The notes beneath the pieces were generated by a model that saw nothing but the letters and a program-made list of their open reading frames with translations, did not search any database and was not told where the DNA came from. The position numbers were made by a program, and so were the translations under genes. From the NCBI GenBank assembly GCA_964016885.1, contig OZ024745.1, positions 65,782,001 to 65,846,000 on the forward strand: a DNA stretch of 64,000 nucleotides, given 5' to 3'. This DNA is from Eledone cirrhosa (taxonomy: Eukaryota). Below are positions 14,068-26,761 of this stretch, one piece after another (the first letter of the stretch is position 1; each line of letters opens with the position of its first letter).

Positions 14068-16680
14068 CTACAGCCGCATAACCAGAGTAGGCCCACTCAC
14101 ACGAGCCATTCTCGCCACATTCACCCACCTTTCAGCAAATGTACTGGGGGGCAGCACTTCTCTATCCACCCTCACCTTCCTTTCCAAGTGAAACTTGAAA
14201 AAGTTGATGAGGGATTGGCCGAAGAGAAAAGTGTCTGTCTTCAGTCCTTTCAACCTCGTCCACCATACAACCTCTTTCGCTACTGCCACCAGACAGAGGA
14301 AAATTGCCTGCCCTTCCTGGCCAAACGAAGGCGGCGGGTCGATCTTCACTATGGACTCGGCCGATAGCCGGATCCGTTCTACACGCGACAACAGCAGTTC
14401 AACATAACTCCACAAGTCAGTAATGCACGGACACTGGACGAGTGCGTGCAGAACGGTTTCGTCGCTCTGCGCGCATCTCGGGCAGGTCCGTCTGACAGCA
14501 CTTCCGTGCCTGTAGAGTTTATCTCGAACCGGCAGTGCCCCCCGGTAGCACTGCCAAGCGAGGGATTTTTGGAAATTATCCATCGTCCCCGGCTCGAAAG
14601 TCCTCCGGTACAGACTGGTTAGTTCGACTTTGTTGACTCCCAGAGCCTCTCCGAGTGCGTCGTCACACTTGCCCACCACTAATCCTCTATAGAACTCGAG
14701 AGTGGAAGTTCCACTGACCCCATTGCCCGCCTGGTAGAGGGTAGTGAGTACCTGGCAACATTCCAGATGCCAGTCACCCAGTCTCGGTCTATTCTTGACC
14801 CAGGACTGCAACTGAGTCAAAGAAACGAGCTGCAGAAAGGCCCGTCTGACAAACGGCGACCACACCTGTTCACCGTTTAGGCAGAATATCTGGAGATGCC
14901 GCAGCCTCAGCGCGTGCCTGCGCATCATTAGCCACGGCATGCCCAGCCCTCCACGTAGAGGGTGCTGGCACCAGATGGACCGCCTCACCAGCGGAACCTG
15001 ACCCCTCCACAAGAGTTTGAAGAGGAGCCGCTCCAAGATGGCGAGGCGCGAACTGGGGCAAGGGACGACAGTCAGACGGTAGTAGATGACGGACGCGATG
15101 TACGCGTTCGCCACCTCCGTCCGACCTTTCAGTGATAGCTTCATCCCAGCCCATTTCTGGGTGAGACTGACTACCCTGCCCGTCACCTCGTCCCAATTCT
15201 TATCCACCTGGAGGTCTGGCCCGAGCCAAACCCCTAGCAACTTTACCGGTCCGTCCGTCCAGCGCCTAACGACGCTGTTGGACGGCATGGACTTGCCTCT
15301 CCAGGTGCCGCGCTGCAAGCCTACTGACTTTTCCGGGTTAAGTTTTGCTCCCGTCAACCTTTCATATTCCTCCAATAAGTTGCCGACCACCTCGATTTCT
15401 GAGGTGTCCGACACCATCACGGTGATGTCGTCCGCATAAGCTGACACAGCCTTTCCGCGTCCCGGTTCGAGCGGGATGCCCTGCAACAGCTCCAGCTTCC
15501 GCAGTAAAGGCTCGAGAGTCAATACGTACAGAAGGGAGGAGAGAGGGCACCCTTGACGGACCGATCGGGAGACCTGAAACGGTTCCGAGAGGCGGCCATT
15601 AATTTTGACCAACGAGCAGGTGCCGCTGTGCATTGCAGCGATCCAGCTTCTGAAGACGGGGCCGAAGCCAGCCGCCTTGAGGACAGCCTCCAGGTACCGA
15701 TGGTCGACCCTATCGAATGCTTTCGATTGATCTAAATTGATCAGAGCTCCACCAAAGCCAGGTTTACACCCTACCCTCTCTATGATGTATCGCATTAGGT
15801 GGAGGTTGTCATGTATGGATCTGGTTGGGATTGCGCAAGTTTGCGCCTCCCCAACCAAATCCCCGACGACAAGCGCCAACCTCTTTGCTAACAACCTGGC
15901 CAAAATCTTAAACTCTGTGTTGAGCAGAGTTATGGGCCTGAAATTGTCTAATGTGTCCCTCTTGTTCTCGTCTTTCCTTATCAGCGTCACTACGCTCCGG
16001 CTCACAGAACTGGGAATACTCCCGTTTTGCTGCCAGTTGCAATGGAGGGCTTCGAGGAGATTGGAGAACACGTCTGGCATATTTACGTAAAGCTCGTAGG
16101 GCAGACCATCCAAACCGGGTGACTTGCGCCTCATGCAGCCTACAAGGGCATCCTGAATCTCGGCTGAAGTAATTGGCCTTTCGCAGCGCCCAGCGTCAGC
16201 CGTCGAGAGTTGCGGCAAGCCATCGAGGTAGGGACTGAAGTCCGCCACCATCTCTGACCCGCCACTTCCCCCGAACAACCGAGCAAAATGTTGGCGAAAG
16301 GCCTCATACATCCTCTTGGAATCGCTCAGCTCGAGCCCGTCTCGGTCCGTCAAAGACCGAATCGTGGTTTTATTACCACGCTGCGCCTCTGCCACGCGGG
16401 CCCATCGAACAGCTTTGGCTCCCTCGTTTCTCAGAGCACGCGCCTTAGCTCTGACAATGCAACCTTCGTGTTTCACATTGAAGAAATGGTCTAATGCCAT
16501 TCTCGCCGCTAGAACATCAGTTGCAATGCCACTACCAATAGCCTCGTCTAACTTATCTACCAACTCTCCCTCCTTTCTATTTTTCTCTAATGCTACTTCT
16601 TTGCTAAACTCTATCAACATTACTCTAATCTCTCTTTTGAGAGCCCCCCACCATCTATTGTTTACGACTCCCCCTGTCAA
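14068..16680 (-). CDS. LINE ORF2 reverse transcriptase and C-terminal zinc finger (main open segment)
   Basis: KSPGLDGL, NFRPITLLN, LDQSKAFDRV, RQGCPLS, AYADD, CPRC...H...C. Confidence 0.93.
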   Translation of the reverse strand: MTGGVVNNRWWGALKREIRVMLIEFSKEVALEKNRKEGELVDKLDEAIGSGIATDVLAARMALDHFFNVKHEGCIVRAKARALRNEGAKAVRWARVAEAQRGNKTTIRSLTDRDGLELSDSKRMYEAFRQHFARLFGGSGGSEMVADFSPYLDGLPQLSTADAGRCERPITSAEIQDALVGCMRRKSPGLDGLPYELYVNMPDVFSNLLEALHCNWQQNGSIPSSVSRSVVTLIRKDENKRDTLDNFRPITLLNTEFKILARLLAKRLALVVGDLVGEAQTCAIPTRSIHDNLHLMRYIIERVGCKPGFGGALINLDQSKAFDRVDHRYLEAVLKAAGFGPVFRSWIAAMHSGTCSLVKINGRLSEPFQVSRSVRQGCPLSSLLYVLTLEPLLRKLELLQGIPLEPGRGKAVSAYADDITVMVSDTSEIEVVGNLLEEYERLTGAKLNPEKSVGLQRGTWRGKSMPSNSVVRRWTDGPVKLLGVWLGPDLQVDKNWDEVTGRVVSLTQKWAGMKLSLKGRTEVANAYIASVIYYRLTVVPCPSSRLAILERLLFKLLWRGQVPLVRRSIWCQHPLRGGLGMPWLMMRRHALRLRHLQIFCLNGEQVWSPFVRRAFLQLVSLTQLQSWVKNRPRLGDWHLECCQVLTTLYQAGNGVSGTSTLEFYRGLVVGKCDDALGEALGVNKVELTSLYRRTFEPGTMDNFQKSLAWQCYRGALPVRDKLYRHGSAVRRTCPRCAQSDETVLHALVQCPCITDLWSYVELLLSRVERIRLSAESIVKIDPPPSFGQEGQAIFLCLVAVAKEVVWWTRLKGLKTDTFLFGQSLINFFKFHLERKVRVDREVLPPSTFAERWVNVARMARVSGPTLVMRL

Positions 16681-16711
16681 CTTTTTCTTAACTAAATTGT
16701 TGACCTGGTCC

Positions 16712-17491
16712 CTAGTAAGCCTTACGTGCCGGAAATGACATGTTTAGCTTCCAGTAACCAGGTCCTAACCTACGCGTCTTATCTAGGTCGACCATACAGA
16801 TCACAAACTTGTGATCTGAATAGGCGACCGTTTCAAAACGTGGACAGCTTACACTATTTCTGTCAATTTTCCTAATGAATATCCTGTCTATATACGATCT
16901 AGATGATCCTATGCGGTTAGCCCAGGTCCACACTGGCGCATTAGGGAAATCTAGTCGATACCTGTCAGACAGTTGGAACTGGCTGATCAGGTTCTTGAGG
17001 CTTTTGCACCCCCCGCTCCTATCGGATACTCCCACATAGTCCCAGCGTGCGTCTAAGATGCCGTTCCAGTCCCCCGCTAACAGTAAAGGGCGAGACGTAC
17101 CCAGAAAGGCTTCCAGGCGTCTAAAGAAGTCCGGCCGTCCTGCCCCAGTAGGAGCATAGACGGCCACCAGTCTAAAGGCACCACCTTCATTATTGTTCAC
17201 GTCCAGGACCACCAACTACCCGTCCGGGTCCCGGAATATCGACCTTACCTCGAGATCCAGGCCTTTCCTAAACAGCACTGCCACCCCGCCTCCCATTCCC
17301 GGCTGGCTAACAGATGCAAAGATCTGATAGTCGTCGAAAATGGGGGCTAGTGCGCGCGTGTCGGAAATCCTGGTCTCGCTGACTGCAATTAAATCCATTT
17401 CTATAGACCTGAGGTTGTTGAGCAGGTGACCCTGCTTCCAGGACGATCCCAGGCCTCGAACATTTAAACATCCTACTCTTAATACGGCCAT
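16712..17491 (-). pseudogene. LINE ORF2 N-terminal AP endonuclease, with one in-frame stop (17216-17218) and a frameshift near 16700
   Basis: LNVRGL, VSET, GGGVAVL, VYAP, GDWN, IDRIF, SDH motifs across ORFs 17216-17491 and 16712-17215. Confidence 0.9.
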
Positions 17492-18351
17492 GTTGGCAGG
17501 TTAAACAGAGAGAGAGAGGAAGGTTTACTTACCTTCCGGGCTCTTGTGGAGGTCGGGTTGTTCGACCTCCATAGTTAGTGGGGCTTCTTTTAAAGGGTTA
17601 AAAGTCTTGAAGTGGGTTTTACGTTCGGGGTTCCCACGTCCCGAGGAAAGCTGTCTCGTATTTCTTTGAATATGTCGAGCGACATTCGCACCAGAACCAA
17701 ATCTTCTGGCACGCGAAATGTGCTCGATTTAAACATTTCCCCCTCTTTTTGTATATTTTCACTCGTGCTACGAGGGCCATCAGTTCCTTGTTGGCCCTCC
17801 TGACGAGCACGAAGTTTTGTATGTTTTGTTGGTGTGATTTTATGTGTTTGCGTGGCTGTGGTAGTGATGGTTTTGGTGGTGTTGTTTCGGTTGTATCTGT
17901 GTTTGTTGTGAGTGCGATGTCTGTGGTTTCAGATGTTTGTGTGTATATTTGTTCTTGCGTCTGTTTCGGTTGTTTGCATTTGGGGGATTCTGGTGATGGT
18001 GATGGTGGTGTTGATGTTGGTGTTATTGGAGAGATGTTTGCGTGGGTAGTGTCTGCGTTTTTTATTGTGGGTGCTTTTGTGTTTTGTTGAGTTTTTTTTC
18101 CTTTTTGTGTTTCCTTTTTTGTATTTTGGGGGATTTGGGATTTCCCTCATTTTCACTACTGGTAGATGAGGGGTCTGTTTCTGTAAGTGTGTCTGTATGT
18201 ATGTTTAAGGTTTTATTGGTGTGTGTATTTTGGGGGGAGGGGGAATTTGACAGCTTTCCTCGTTTCCCCCCTGGGTGGTCAATGTTGGTGGTGGTCTTTC
18301 TATTGGTTTTGTTGTTGGTGGTTTTGCCGGTGCAGGTGTTGTTTGAGGTCC

Positions 18352-19512
18352 TCACCCCGGCGTCGGTAGCAGTGGAGCCTTTCGACCCCTTGACTCTTTC
18401 AGCAGTTGAGGGCAGAAGGCTCGCAAATGGGTTTTTTCCCCACAAACAAAATACTGTGGCCTTTTGCCTTCGGTCATAATGTGAATGACAGTCCCATTCT
18501 GAAGGCGGATGTGGTCTGGGATTGTCTTCACATTCTCGGGCCTGATCTGGAGAAGGATCTCCAGGTAAACCATGGACCAGTCCTCTCTAGCCGTTCTGGT
18601 CTCTTCTATAGGGACTGTATCCGTCCCCTCCACAATCACACATCCCAGAAACCACCACATGTCAGGTCCTGGTGGGATTCTGGGAATGCGGAGACGGGCC
18701 GTTCTTTTTCCCATGTGGGAGGGGTACATTATGACCTTGCTGGTTTTGCAAGGAGTCATGGCGTGTTTCATCGCGAGGGCTTCTGACTTGAACAACACCG
18801 AAATGGTGCCGTACTGTCTGCCCCTCTCTATGTACTGGGTGTCTTCTCTGATGCACCTCAGCGCGACTTCGACATCTTCTTGTGGGATTAAAGCTGCCCT
18901 TTTGGTTTGTACTGAGATGCATCTATAATGCACCGTTTTGCGCTCCACTGCCTCAATAGCTTCTACCGGGACAGTTAAGTTGGCCCAAGTTTGCTCTTGC
19001 TTGATGAGCTTCCATGCCTGGGCCAACTTTTCATCTTTGTTTGAGAGGTCCATGGTGAAGCATGGCCTCTTTTTTGCTGCTGCCGCAGCGAAAGTGGCCT
19101 TATTTTCGTTGGGGGTGTTGTTGACGTTGTTCTTGTTGGTGTTGTTGTTAGCACTGTCGCTATCATCATTGTTGTCTTTGCTGCCACCGTTGTTCTCGGT
19201 GCAGTTGGTATTGTTGCTGTTGATGTTGTCGCTATTTGTTTTCATGTTAGTGATGTTGATATTGTTGTTGTATTTGTTATTTTTTTTTTTTTTATCTGTA
19301 TTTTCGCTGTCATTCTTTTTCAAATTAGAGTTCTTATTGGTATCATTGGTGTCTTTGTTTACCTTGTTTATGGTGGTGTTTGTATTATCAACGTGTGTTA
19401 ATTTCGCTGTAGCGCTCCTCTCAACTTCTACGTCGTTGTCGCACGACAGCCGACATATCGCTGGGGGGCGTGGCTCAGCCATGTTTTTTTTTCTTCGTAA
19501 ATTTTTTAACAT
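18352..19512 (-). CDS. LINE ORF1 (Gag-like; probably continues to ~17500 through frameshifts)
   Basis: Asn-rich N-terminus, TFAAAAAK, zinc-knuckle remnant YFVCGEKTHLRAFC; upstream of ORF2. Confidence 0.8.
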   Translation of the reverse strand: MLKNLRRKKNMAEPRPPAICRLSCDNDVEVERSATAKLTHVDNTNTTINKVNKDTNDTNKNSNLKKNDSENTDKKKKNNKYNNNINITNMKTNSDNINSNNTNCTENNGGSKDNNDDSDSANNNTNKNNVNNTPNENKATFAAAAAKKRPCFTMDLSNKDEKLAQAWKLIKQEQTWANLTVPVEAIEAVERKTVHYRCISVQTKRAALIPQEDVEVALRCIREDTQYIERGRQYGTISVLFKSEALAMKHAMTPCKTSKVIMYPSHMGKRTARLRIPRIPPGPDMWWFLGCVIVEGTDTVPIEETRTAREDWSMVYLEILLQIRPENVKTIPDHIRLQNGTVIHIMTEGKRPQYFVCGEKTHLRAFCPQLLKESRGRKAPLLPTPG

Positions 19513-19684
19513 GTAAAAAAAGTTAAAATATTTGGGCCAAAAGGCCCAAATATTATACTTTCCCCTTCACGGGGCAAAGTCTAAGGGCTTATATCCCTTA
19601 CACAACAAGAAATATTTAACAAATAATTTAAACAGGCAAATAAAGCGACTTACTGTGAGCGAGCAAAATACGTCCGCTTAGACC

Positions 19685-19719
<35 letters not shown>

Positions 19720-19721
<2 letters not shown>

Positions 19722-19845
19722 CTTTCTTTATTAACCACAAGGGTTTACATAAAGTAGACATTAAGGACAGTACAGGACAATACAGGACGGTACAAATGGG
19801 CATTTCTGCGTGCAAAAAACAAAAACAGAGGATGTAACAAATAAT
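19720..19845 (-). mobile_element. 3'UTR fragment of a related Tx1-like element
   Basis: TTTATTAACCACAAGGG...GGACAATAC resembles 13795-13850 TTTATTGGCCACAAGGG...GGACAATAC, also next to (AAT)n. Confidence 0.65.
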
Positions 19846-19851
19846 AATAAC

Positions 19852-19887
<36 letters not shown>

Positions 19888-21178
19888 CACCTAAAATCAG
19901 ATGTGGATCACCTCTATCTCCGTAGACAAAACAGAGGTAGAGGAATGATCCAGCTTGAGTTGTCATGCAAAATAGTAACCATTGGAGTCGATCAGTACCT
20001 TAAAACCACAGGTGACTGGATCCTGAAAATGGTTGCAGATCACGAAAGGAAGAAGAGGTTACATTCAGACACAAAGGAAAGTACGAAGTGTGCAGAAGAA
20101 TTTGGAATACATTTTGAAAATGACGACGATTTTGCAATAAAACTGCAAAGAACATCAAAATGTTCGCAAAAGATGAACGTCCCCGGAGTCAGCACTAAAT
20201 GGGAGTAAAAATCACTGCCGAAACAGTATGGTCTCCGAAGTAAAGAAACTGATTTACGTACTCTCTTGAAAGTATGTGCTGTCTCGAAGAGTATGTGCCC
20301 TTTTGAAAACTTTGCTTAGCTCGAGAAATATACTAGCTGCCATAAATGTACTTTCAATCCAAGTTGTCATCTACAGTTTCAATATCATCAGTTGGAACGT
20401 TAATGAAATTAAGAGAATCGCCACCAGAATCTGGAAACGGTTGATCTGTAATAAGATATATCAGCCCCAAACATTTGTGCATCATATCTATCCCCCTAGA
20501 CAAAACTGAAGTAGAGGAATATCTAGCCCAAGCTGTCCTACATGATATAAACCATTAGGGGAGATCAATTTCTTAAAACCACATATGATTGGATGATGAA
20601 AAAAATTGCAGATCACGAAAGGAAGTTGGTTTCATTCCGTCACAAAGAAAGTTGGACATTTGTAGAAGAATTGTGAATACATTTTAAAATAATGGTGATT
20701 CTACAATTAAAGCCTCAAAGAACATAACAATGCTGGCAAAACCTGAAGGTCAACAGAGACTGTGCACTAATTGGGAGCAAAAATCAGGCTGCAAAGTATC
20801 AGTTCGCCAGGAATATAAAACGAAGAATGATAGAATGGAGCAATACTTACACTGGGTTAAGTGTAGGACTTATAGTCTGAAAACGGAGAGAAAATGATGC
20901 AACCATCACCCAGAGGTGGTAACAAAAGACGGGAACATGACAATCCTATAGGATTTCCCTGTGGATACTGATTGAACAATCAAAGCCAACAGAACTGAAG
21001 GACCATAAAGAGGAAATATGTTTCTGAATTGACATGAGCATTCTATCACATGCTGACATCACTAAATAGTTCGGAAAGCTCAGTAAGTATAAAGATTAAT
21101 CAAACGAAATTGAGAAAATGTGACATCGTAAGGCGTTTACAGTGATAGTCGGCGCGCTTGGAATGATGAAAAAGAACG
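19888..21178 (+). mobile_element. Degenerate R4/Dong-like (RLE) non-LTR retrotransposon fragments, partly duplicated
   Basis: KSDVDHLYLRRQNRGRGMIQL (second copy near 20460-20780), AINVLSIQVVIYSFNIISW, then ILxDFPVDTDxTIKANR, IDMSI, KLSKYKD, VIVGALG. Confidence 0.8.
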
Positions 21179-21187
21179 AAGAAGAAG

Positions 21188-21217
<30 letters not shown>
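21178..21217. repeat. (GAA)n microsatellite
   Basis: Directly visible. Confidence 0.95.
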
Positions 21218-21219
<2 letters not shown>

Positions 21220-21439
21220 TAGATGTAGTTGCAGAAGGGCTTGATAAATCGTGATATAGGAATAGAAGCTGAAGTATATGAATCGAAATATACAACCAGT
21301 ATACTAAGCAGAAACATACGTGTGCATCAACTTATTTGTATACTCATACTAAATGATAATAATAATTATGATATGTATGTCTATTTTATAGAACGCTGTT
21401 ATAAACATCATATTAATGATTCTATTATTTACCATATTT

Positions 21440-21600
21440 TAGGGAGGTGCATTGGCAGTATCGGTAGAATGTCTTACACTCTAGCTTGTGGCATAGGGTT
21501 TCGGCCCTTTACACTCTGAGCTCAAATCTTTTCAAGATTAACTTTGCTTTTCAACCTTACAGGGTCGATAAAATAAAGTATCTAAATAAAAAACCATTAT
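21440..21600 (+). mobile_element. tRNA-derived SINE, diverged
   Basis: TTGGCAGTATCGGTAGA...GAGCTCAAATC...AGGGTCGATAAAATAAAGTA. Confidence 0.75.
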
Positions 21601-22219
21601 TTAACATATTTTACAAGCATATATACAGAGATAATATATTAATCATGTTTAGCGTATTTGCCCAGCATCAGAAGTCCGCCGTCTGAGAACATATAGAAGT
21701 GTCATATGGGTGGCAATTCATTTATGGTTCACAATTAAGAGCGTTTTCATCTAATTTTCCAGAACCTTAATGCCACGTAACTAGTATAATAAAACTTCAT
21801 GAAAAATGTAAATACTGGGTTTGATATTGTCGAAACACTATCCTGAAGGTGGTTTGCCATTACGGCCGCAAATTAATGACTGAAACAATTTGTGAATGGC
21901 GTCCGACTAATGAGGGACTAAATTTGCTTAGACACCAGGCAAGGTTTGCACATACATACACAGAAACATATGTAGTATGCTATTTGAATTATATTTAGCC
22001 AATCTCTGTAGCATGCCACTTCGATGAATCATATATTTATATATATATATATCAATTTTATTAACAGGGGCAGGGAGAGAGGAAAGACTAGACAGATTAT
22101 ACTATATATTCCTATATACTATATATGGAAATTATTAAGTTTGTAATATAAATACTCAGAAGTGCTGTCAATGAGAATTGGATGTTTTCTTCATAGGGTT
22201 TGAGATGTTTTCTCGAGTG

Positions 22220-22272
<53 letters not shown>

Positions 22273-23287
22273 AAATCAAAAGATGGTTAAGAGAGTTCCA
22301 TGTATTTTATTATGCGCATTTCAAAAGCAAATATCATCATGGGATGATATTTGCGTTGTCATCAGATAAAATAGGGAGACATGATATGAAGCTTAAGAAA
22401 CACTTGCGAACAGTGAAGTGTCAAATCAACATATGAAAAATAAAATTAGAGGGGTATATGAGATTGGAAAAAAGGAAAGGAAGGGGAAGAAAAAATATAG
22501 ATAGAAGAAAAAAAAAATATAAGGAAAGGATGACGGAGGAGGAGCATAAGAAGGAAGGATGAGAGAGGAGGATAAAATGAGTGAGAGAGAGAGATAAACT
22601 TTAATACTGAGAAACACTGTCTCAGAGAAAAATATAAAGAAACCGTTGTAAGATAATACATAATTTAAAAAAAATTATGAAATTAAAAGTTAATGAGGTT
22701 TATGAATGGTGATGCTTATGATTAAAGAAAAAGGAATTAAGAATACTATTTATTTAAGGTTTATATATTGAAGGGTTTAATAAGATGTGCGAAAAGGAGT
22801 TTATTAAAATGTATTATTAAAATAAAGTATATTAAGAAGATAAGGTGAATGAAGATAAGGTTAAATGAATAATTACTTAGAGGAATTAATTAGGGTCCGT
22901 GTTTATTACAATATATTGTAATAGGAAAAAGTAAATAATAGAGTTAATACGAGCATGGGAAGAGGGGAGAATAAAAAATTCAAGGAAGAAAAAATATATA
23001 ACGTCAAAAAAATATGTTTACAAAATTTCTCTAATTAGTATATATTAAAAATAAAAATTTGTATGGCCGAGAATATAAGGAAAATGCTATAGTGAGCTAT
23101 AAGATGAATTAAGAAGTAATTGAGAAGTAAAAGTTGCAGATTAAAGATTAGAAATTACAAAGAAGAAAATTAGGGGACCGCTAACGACATAGTATGAGTA
23201 ATATTGTATAATATACTGAAATAAGGTAGAAAGATGGGTATATTTGCAAAAAATATAAAAGTGTTTCAGAAAAAGATTTTAAACTAA

Positions 23288-23728
23288 TTAGGTTCTATGG
23301 GATTTATGCAAGCAGAGCGAAAATAAATCCGTACGTCTATTTATTATAGAATTAAAATTAGAGATAATGGTAAATTTTTCCGCTAGGCAGAGATTACATA
23401 TTCTGGATAGGGAAGAATGAAGGTAAGGAGAGGCGTTGCAAACATTTCTCCAAGAAATGTTGTAGTTAATATTGTTGTCCTTTAAGGACCATATGAGTTC
23501 TGAGAGTGCTGTGTTAGTTCTATTAAGTTGGTGTCTAAAAGAAGAATTATGATTATAAAATCTTGCCTTAAAGGAAGTGGAAGTGGAGCCAAAGTAGGTA
23601 AAATAATTTGTACCACTTATAACCTTACATTCATACACTAAATGTTTATCATTTAGTTCTAATAGGACATTTAGTTCTAATAGGGCAATTGCAATTACGA
23701 TTAGAGTAATTACCAGAGTTATTAGCAA
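23288..23728 (-). pseudogene. PLE GIY-YIG endonuclease C-terminal domain
   Basis: LVYECK...YFGSTSTSFKARFYNH...TALSELIW...CNLCLAEK...CLHK. Confidence 0.88.
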
Positions 23729-25093
23729 GTGACCCAGTATTATTTATAGAAGGAATTGATTTGGAGAAGTTACATTACTTACGATAGGTGCTAAAGTATC
23801 CTGATTTAGATGGGTATTATGAACATGCGACAAAGTTGCGTTTGACGTCGTATTTAAATTTACGGAATCTAGCCTAGAGTTAACATTGACGTCGGACTTA
23901 CTATTGTTATTATTATGACGTTCAGTGTTGGATGGATATGATTTATTATTAACTACAACATTTCTTGGAGAAAGGTTTGCAACGTCTCTCCTTACCTTCA
24001 ATCTTCCCTATCCAGAACATGTAATCTCTGCCTAGCGGAAAAATTTACCATTATCTCTAATATTAATTCTATAATAAATAGACGTACGGATTTATTTTCG
24101 CGCTGCTTGCATAAATCCCATAGAACTTTCCATAAAGTATACAGCTAATATCTTACTACCTAATTAGTTTAAAATCTTTTTCTCAAACACTTTTATATTT
24201 TTTGCAAATATACCCATCTTTCTACCTTATTTCAGTATATTATACAATATTACTCATAATATGTCATTAGCGGTCCCCTAATTTTCTTCTTTGTAATTTC
24301 TAATCTTTAATCTGCAACTTTTACTTCTCAATTACTTCTTAATTCATCTTATAGCTCACTATAGCATTTTCCTTATATTTTCGGCCATACAAATTTTTAT
24401 TTTTAATATATACTAATATTACCATTAGAGAAATTTTGTAAACATATTCTTTTGACGTTATATATTTTTTCTTCCTTTAATTTTTTCTTTCTTCCCTCTT
24501 TCCATGCTCGTATTAACTCTATTATTTACTTTTTCCTATTACAATATATTGAAACAAACTCGGACCCTAATTAATTCCTCTAAGTTAATACATTTAACCT
24601 TATCTTCATTCACACTATCTTCTTAATATACTTTATTTTAATAATACATTTTAATAAACTCCTTTTCGCAAATTTTATTAAACCCTTCAATATATAAACC
24701 TTAAATAAATAGTATTCTTAATTCCTTTTTCTTTAATCATAAGCATCACCATTCATAAACCACATTAACCTTTAATTTCATAATTTTTTTAAATTATGTA
24801 TTATCTTACAACGTTTTTGTTTTTTTTCTCTGTGAGACTGTGTTTCTCAGTATTAAAGGTTATATCTCTCACTCACTCATTTTCTCTTCCTCTCTCATCC
24901 TTCCTTCTTATACTCCTCCTCCGTAATCCTTTCCTTATTATTTTTTTTTTCTTCTATCTATATTTTTTCTTCCTCTTCCTTACCTTTTCTTTCCTTTTTT
25001 CCAATCTCATATATCCCTCTAATTTATTTTTCATATGTTGATTTGACACTTCACTGCTCGCAAGTGTTTTTTAAGCTTCATATCATGTCTCCC

Positions 25094-25164
25094 TATTTTA
25101 TCTGATGACAACGCAAATATCATCCCATGATGATATTTGTTTTTGAAATGCGCATAATAAAATA
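25094..25164 (+). ncRNA. Type I hammerhead ribozyme (mirror copy 22303-22373, minus)
   Basis: tattttat CTGATGA ca-acgcaaatatcatc..atgatgatatttgt..tg AAA region then GAAA tgcgca TA ataaaata: 8-bp stem I, canonical core, palindromic stem III TGCGCA. Confidence 0.85.
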
Positions 25165-25300
25165 CATAGAACTCTTTAAACCATCTTTTGATTTTATATT
25201 ATTTATACTCCAGTCCTATAAACTGCTGAGTGCTACTTATCCGATATTTGCAGTGCTTTATTGTGCTACAATAAAACTCACCTCCTAAATATATATATAC

Positions 25301-25405
<105 letters not shown>

Positions 25406-25561
25406 CGAAACATAAGTCAATTGCAAGAACTCATAATCCTTTATTTACTGCTATATATATTTCGATGATATCATTTGAATGGCTATGGCCTCATCAGGCA
25501 GTTAGTCAGTTCTTAGATATGCCAGGTCTGTGTTTATAGTGTTGATGGTATCAGAGCTTTG

Positions 25562-25602
<41 letters not shown>

Positions 25603-25605
25603 TAT

Positions 25606-26013
<408 letters not shown>

Positions 26014-26209
26014 AACAGTTTTGTTCGCATGCCAACACAAGAGCAAGAATGAAGTGTTCATTCTACTGACATGGCTATAAAATTGAGGCTTGTTTGCAAA
26101 ATTGCAAACGAATCGAATGTTATTAATATCCGAAAAACTCATTAGAATTATTGTATTCAGCCATGTAGCGAAAATTTTCTTTTTTTATTTATATATATAT
26201 ATATATATA

Positions 26210-26660
26210 TGCAAAAGTTTTATTTAAAATTGTTGGGTTACAACAAATAAATATTTTATAACTGATATAAAGCACTCGACAAGTTTTTGAAGTAGATATA
26301 CGATATTAAATATTGTATATCGTATCGTAATATCGTATATCGTATATATATATATATATATATATAGAATTGGAGTAAAAATACGATATTAACAGATGGA
26401 AACTATATTTTAAAACCATATTTATTTCATTATACATATTTCAAGGACACAGAGTTCTATATTATATTTTAGCTGATGAAAACACACCATAATTTAACTC
26501 GGTGTCCTTGAAATATGTATAATGAAATAAATATGGTTTTATAAATATAGTTTCCATTTGTTAATATCGTATTTTTACTCCAATTATTTGTTGAGTGCTT
26601 TATATCAGTTATAAAAATATTTGCTTGTTGCATCCAAACAATTTAAATAGAACTTTTACA
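26210..26660. repeat. Inverted repeat with HHR-like motif (family B; related copy 50765-50965)
   Basis: 26368-26450 mirrors 26500-26585; ttttag CTGATGA aaacacacc..cggtgtcctt GAAA tatgta TA atgaaa at ~26465-26530. Confidence 0.75.
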
Positions 26661-26674
26661 TATATATATATAGT

Positions 26675-26761
<87 letters not shown>

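Larger units (their letters stand above)
13765..19684 (-). mobile_element. Full-length Tx1/L1-clade non-LTR retrotransposon (~5.9 kb) in (AAT)n
   Basis: 5'UTR, ORF1, APE-RT-zinc finger ORF2, 3'UTR and (ATT)n tail; (AAT)n on both flanks. Confidence 0.93.
22272..25197 (-). mobile_element. 5'-truncated Penelope-like element with ~1.2 kb inverted terminal repeats
   Basis: About 22272-23465 is the reverse complement of about 23955-25197; GIY-YIG endonuclease remnant inside; HHR near each outer end; TA flanks. Confidence 0.9.

Noticed and set aside
14195-19516. Plus-strand and alternative-frame ORFs overlapping the LINE
   Set aside because: Antisense or out-of-frame shadows of GC-rich ORF1/ORF2.
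22272-25197. DNA transposon with long TIRs
   Set aside because: The interior encodes a PLE GIY-YIG domain and the arms include coding sequence and HHRs, so this is a retroelement inversion.
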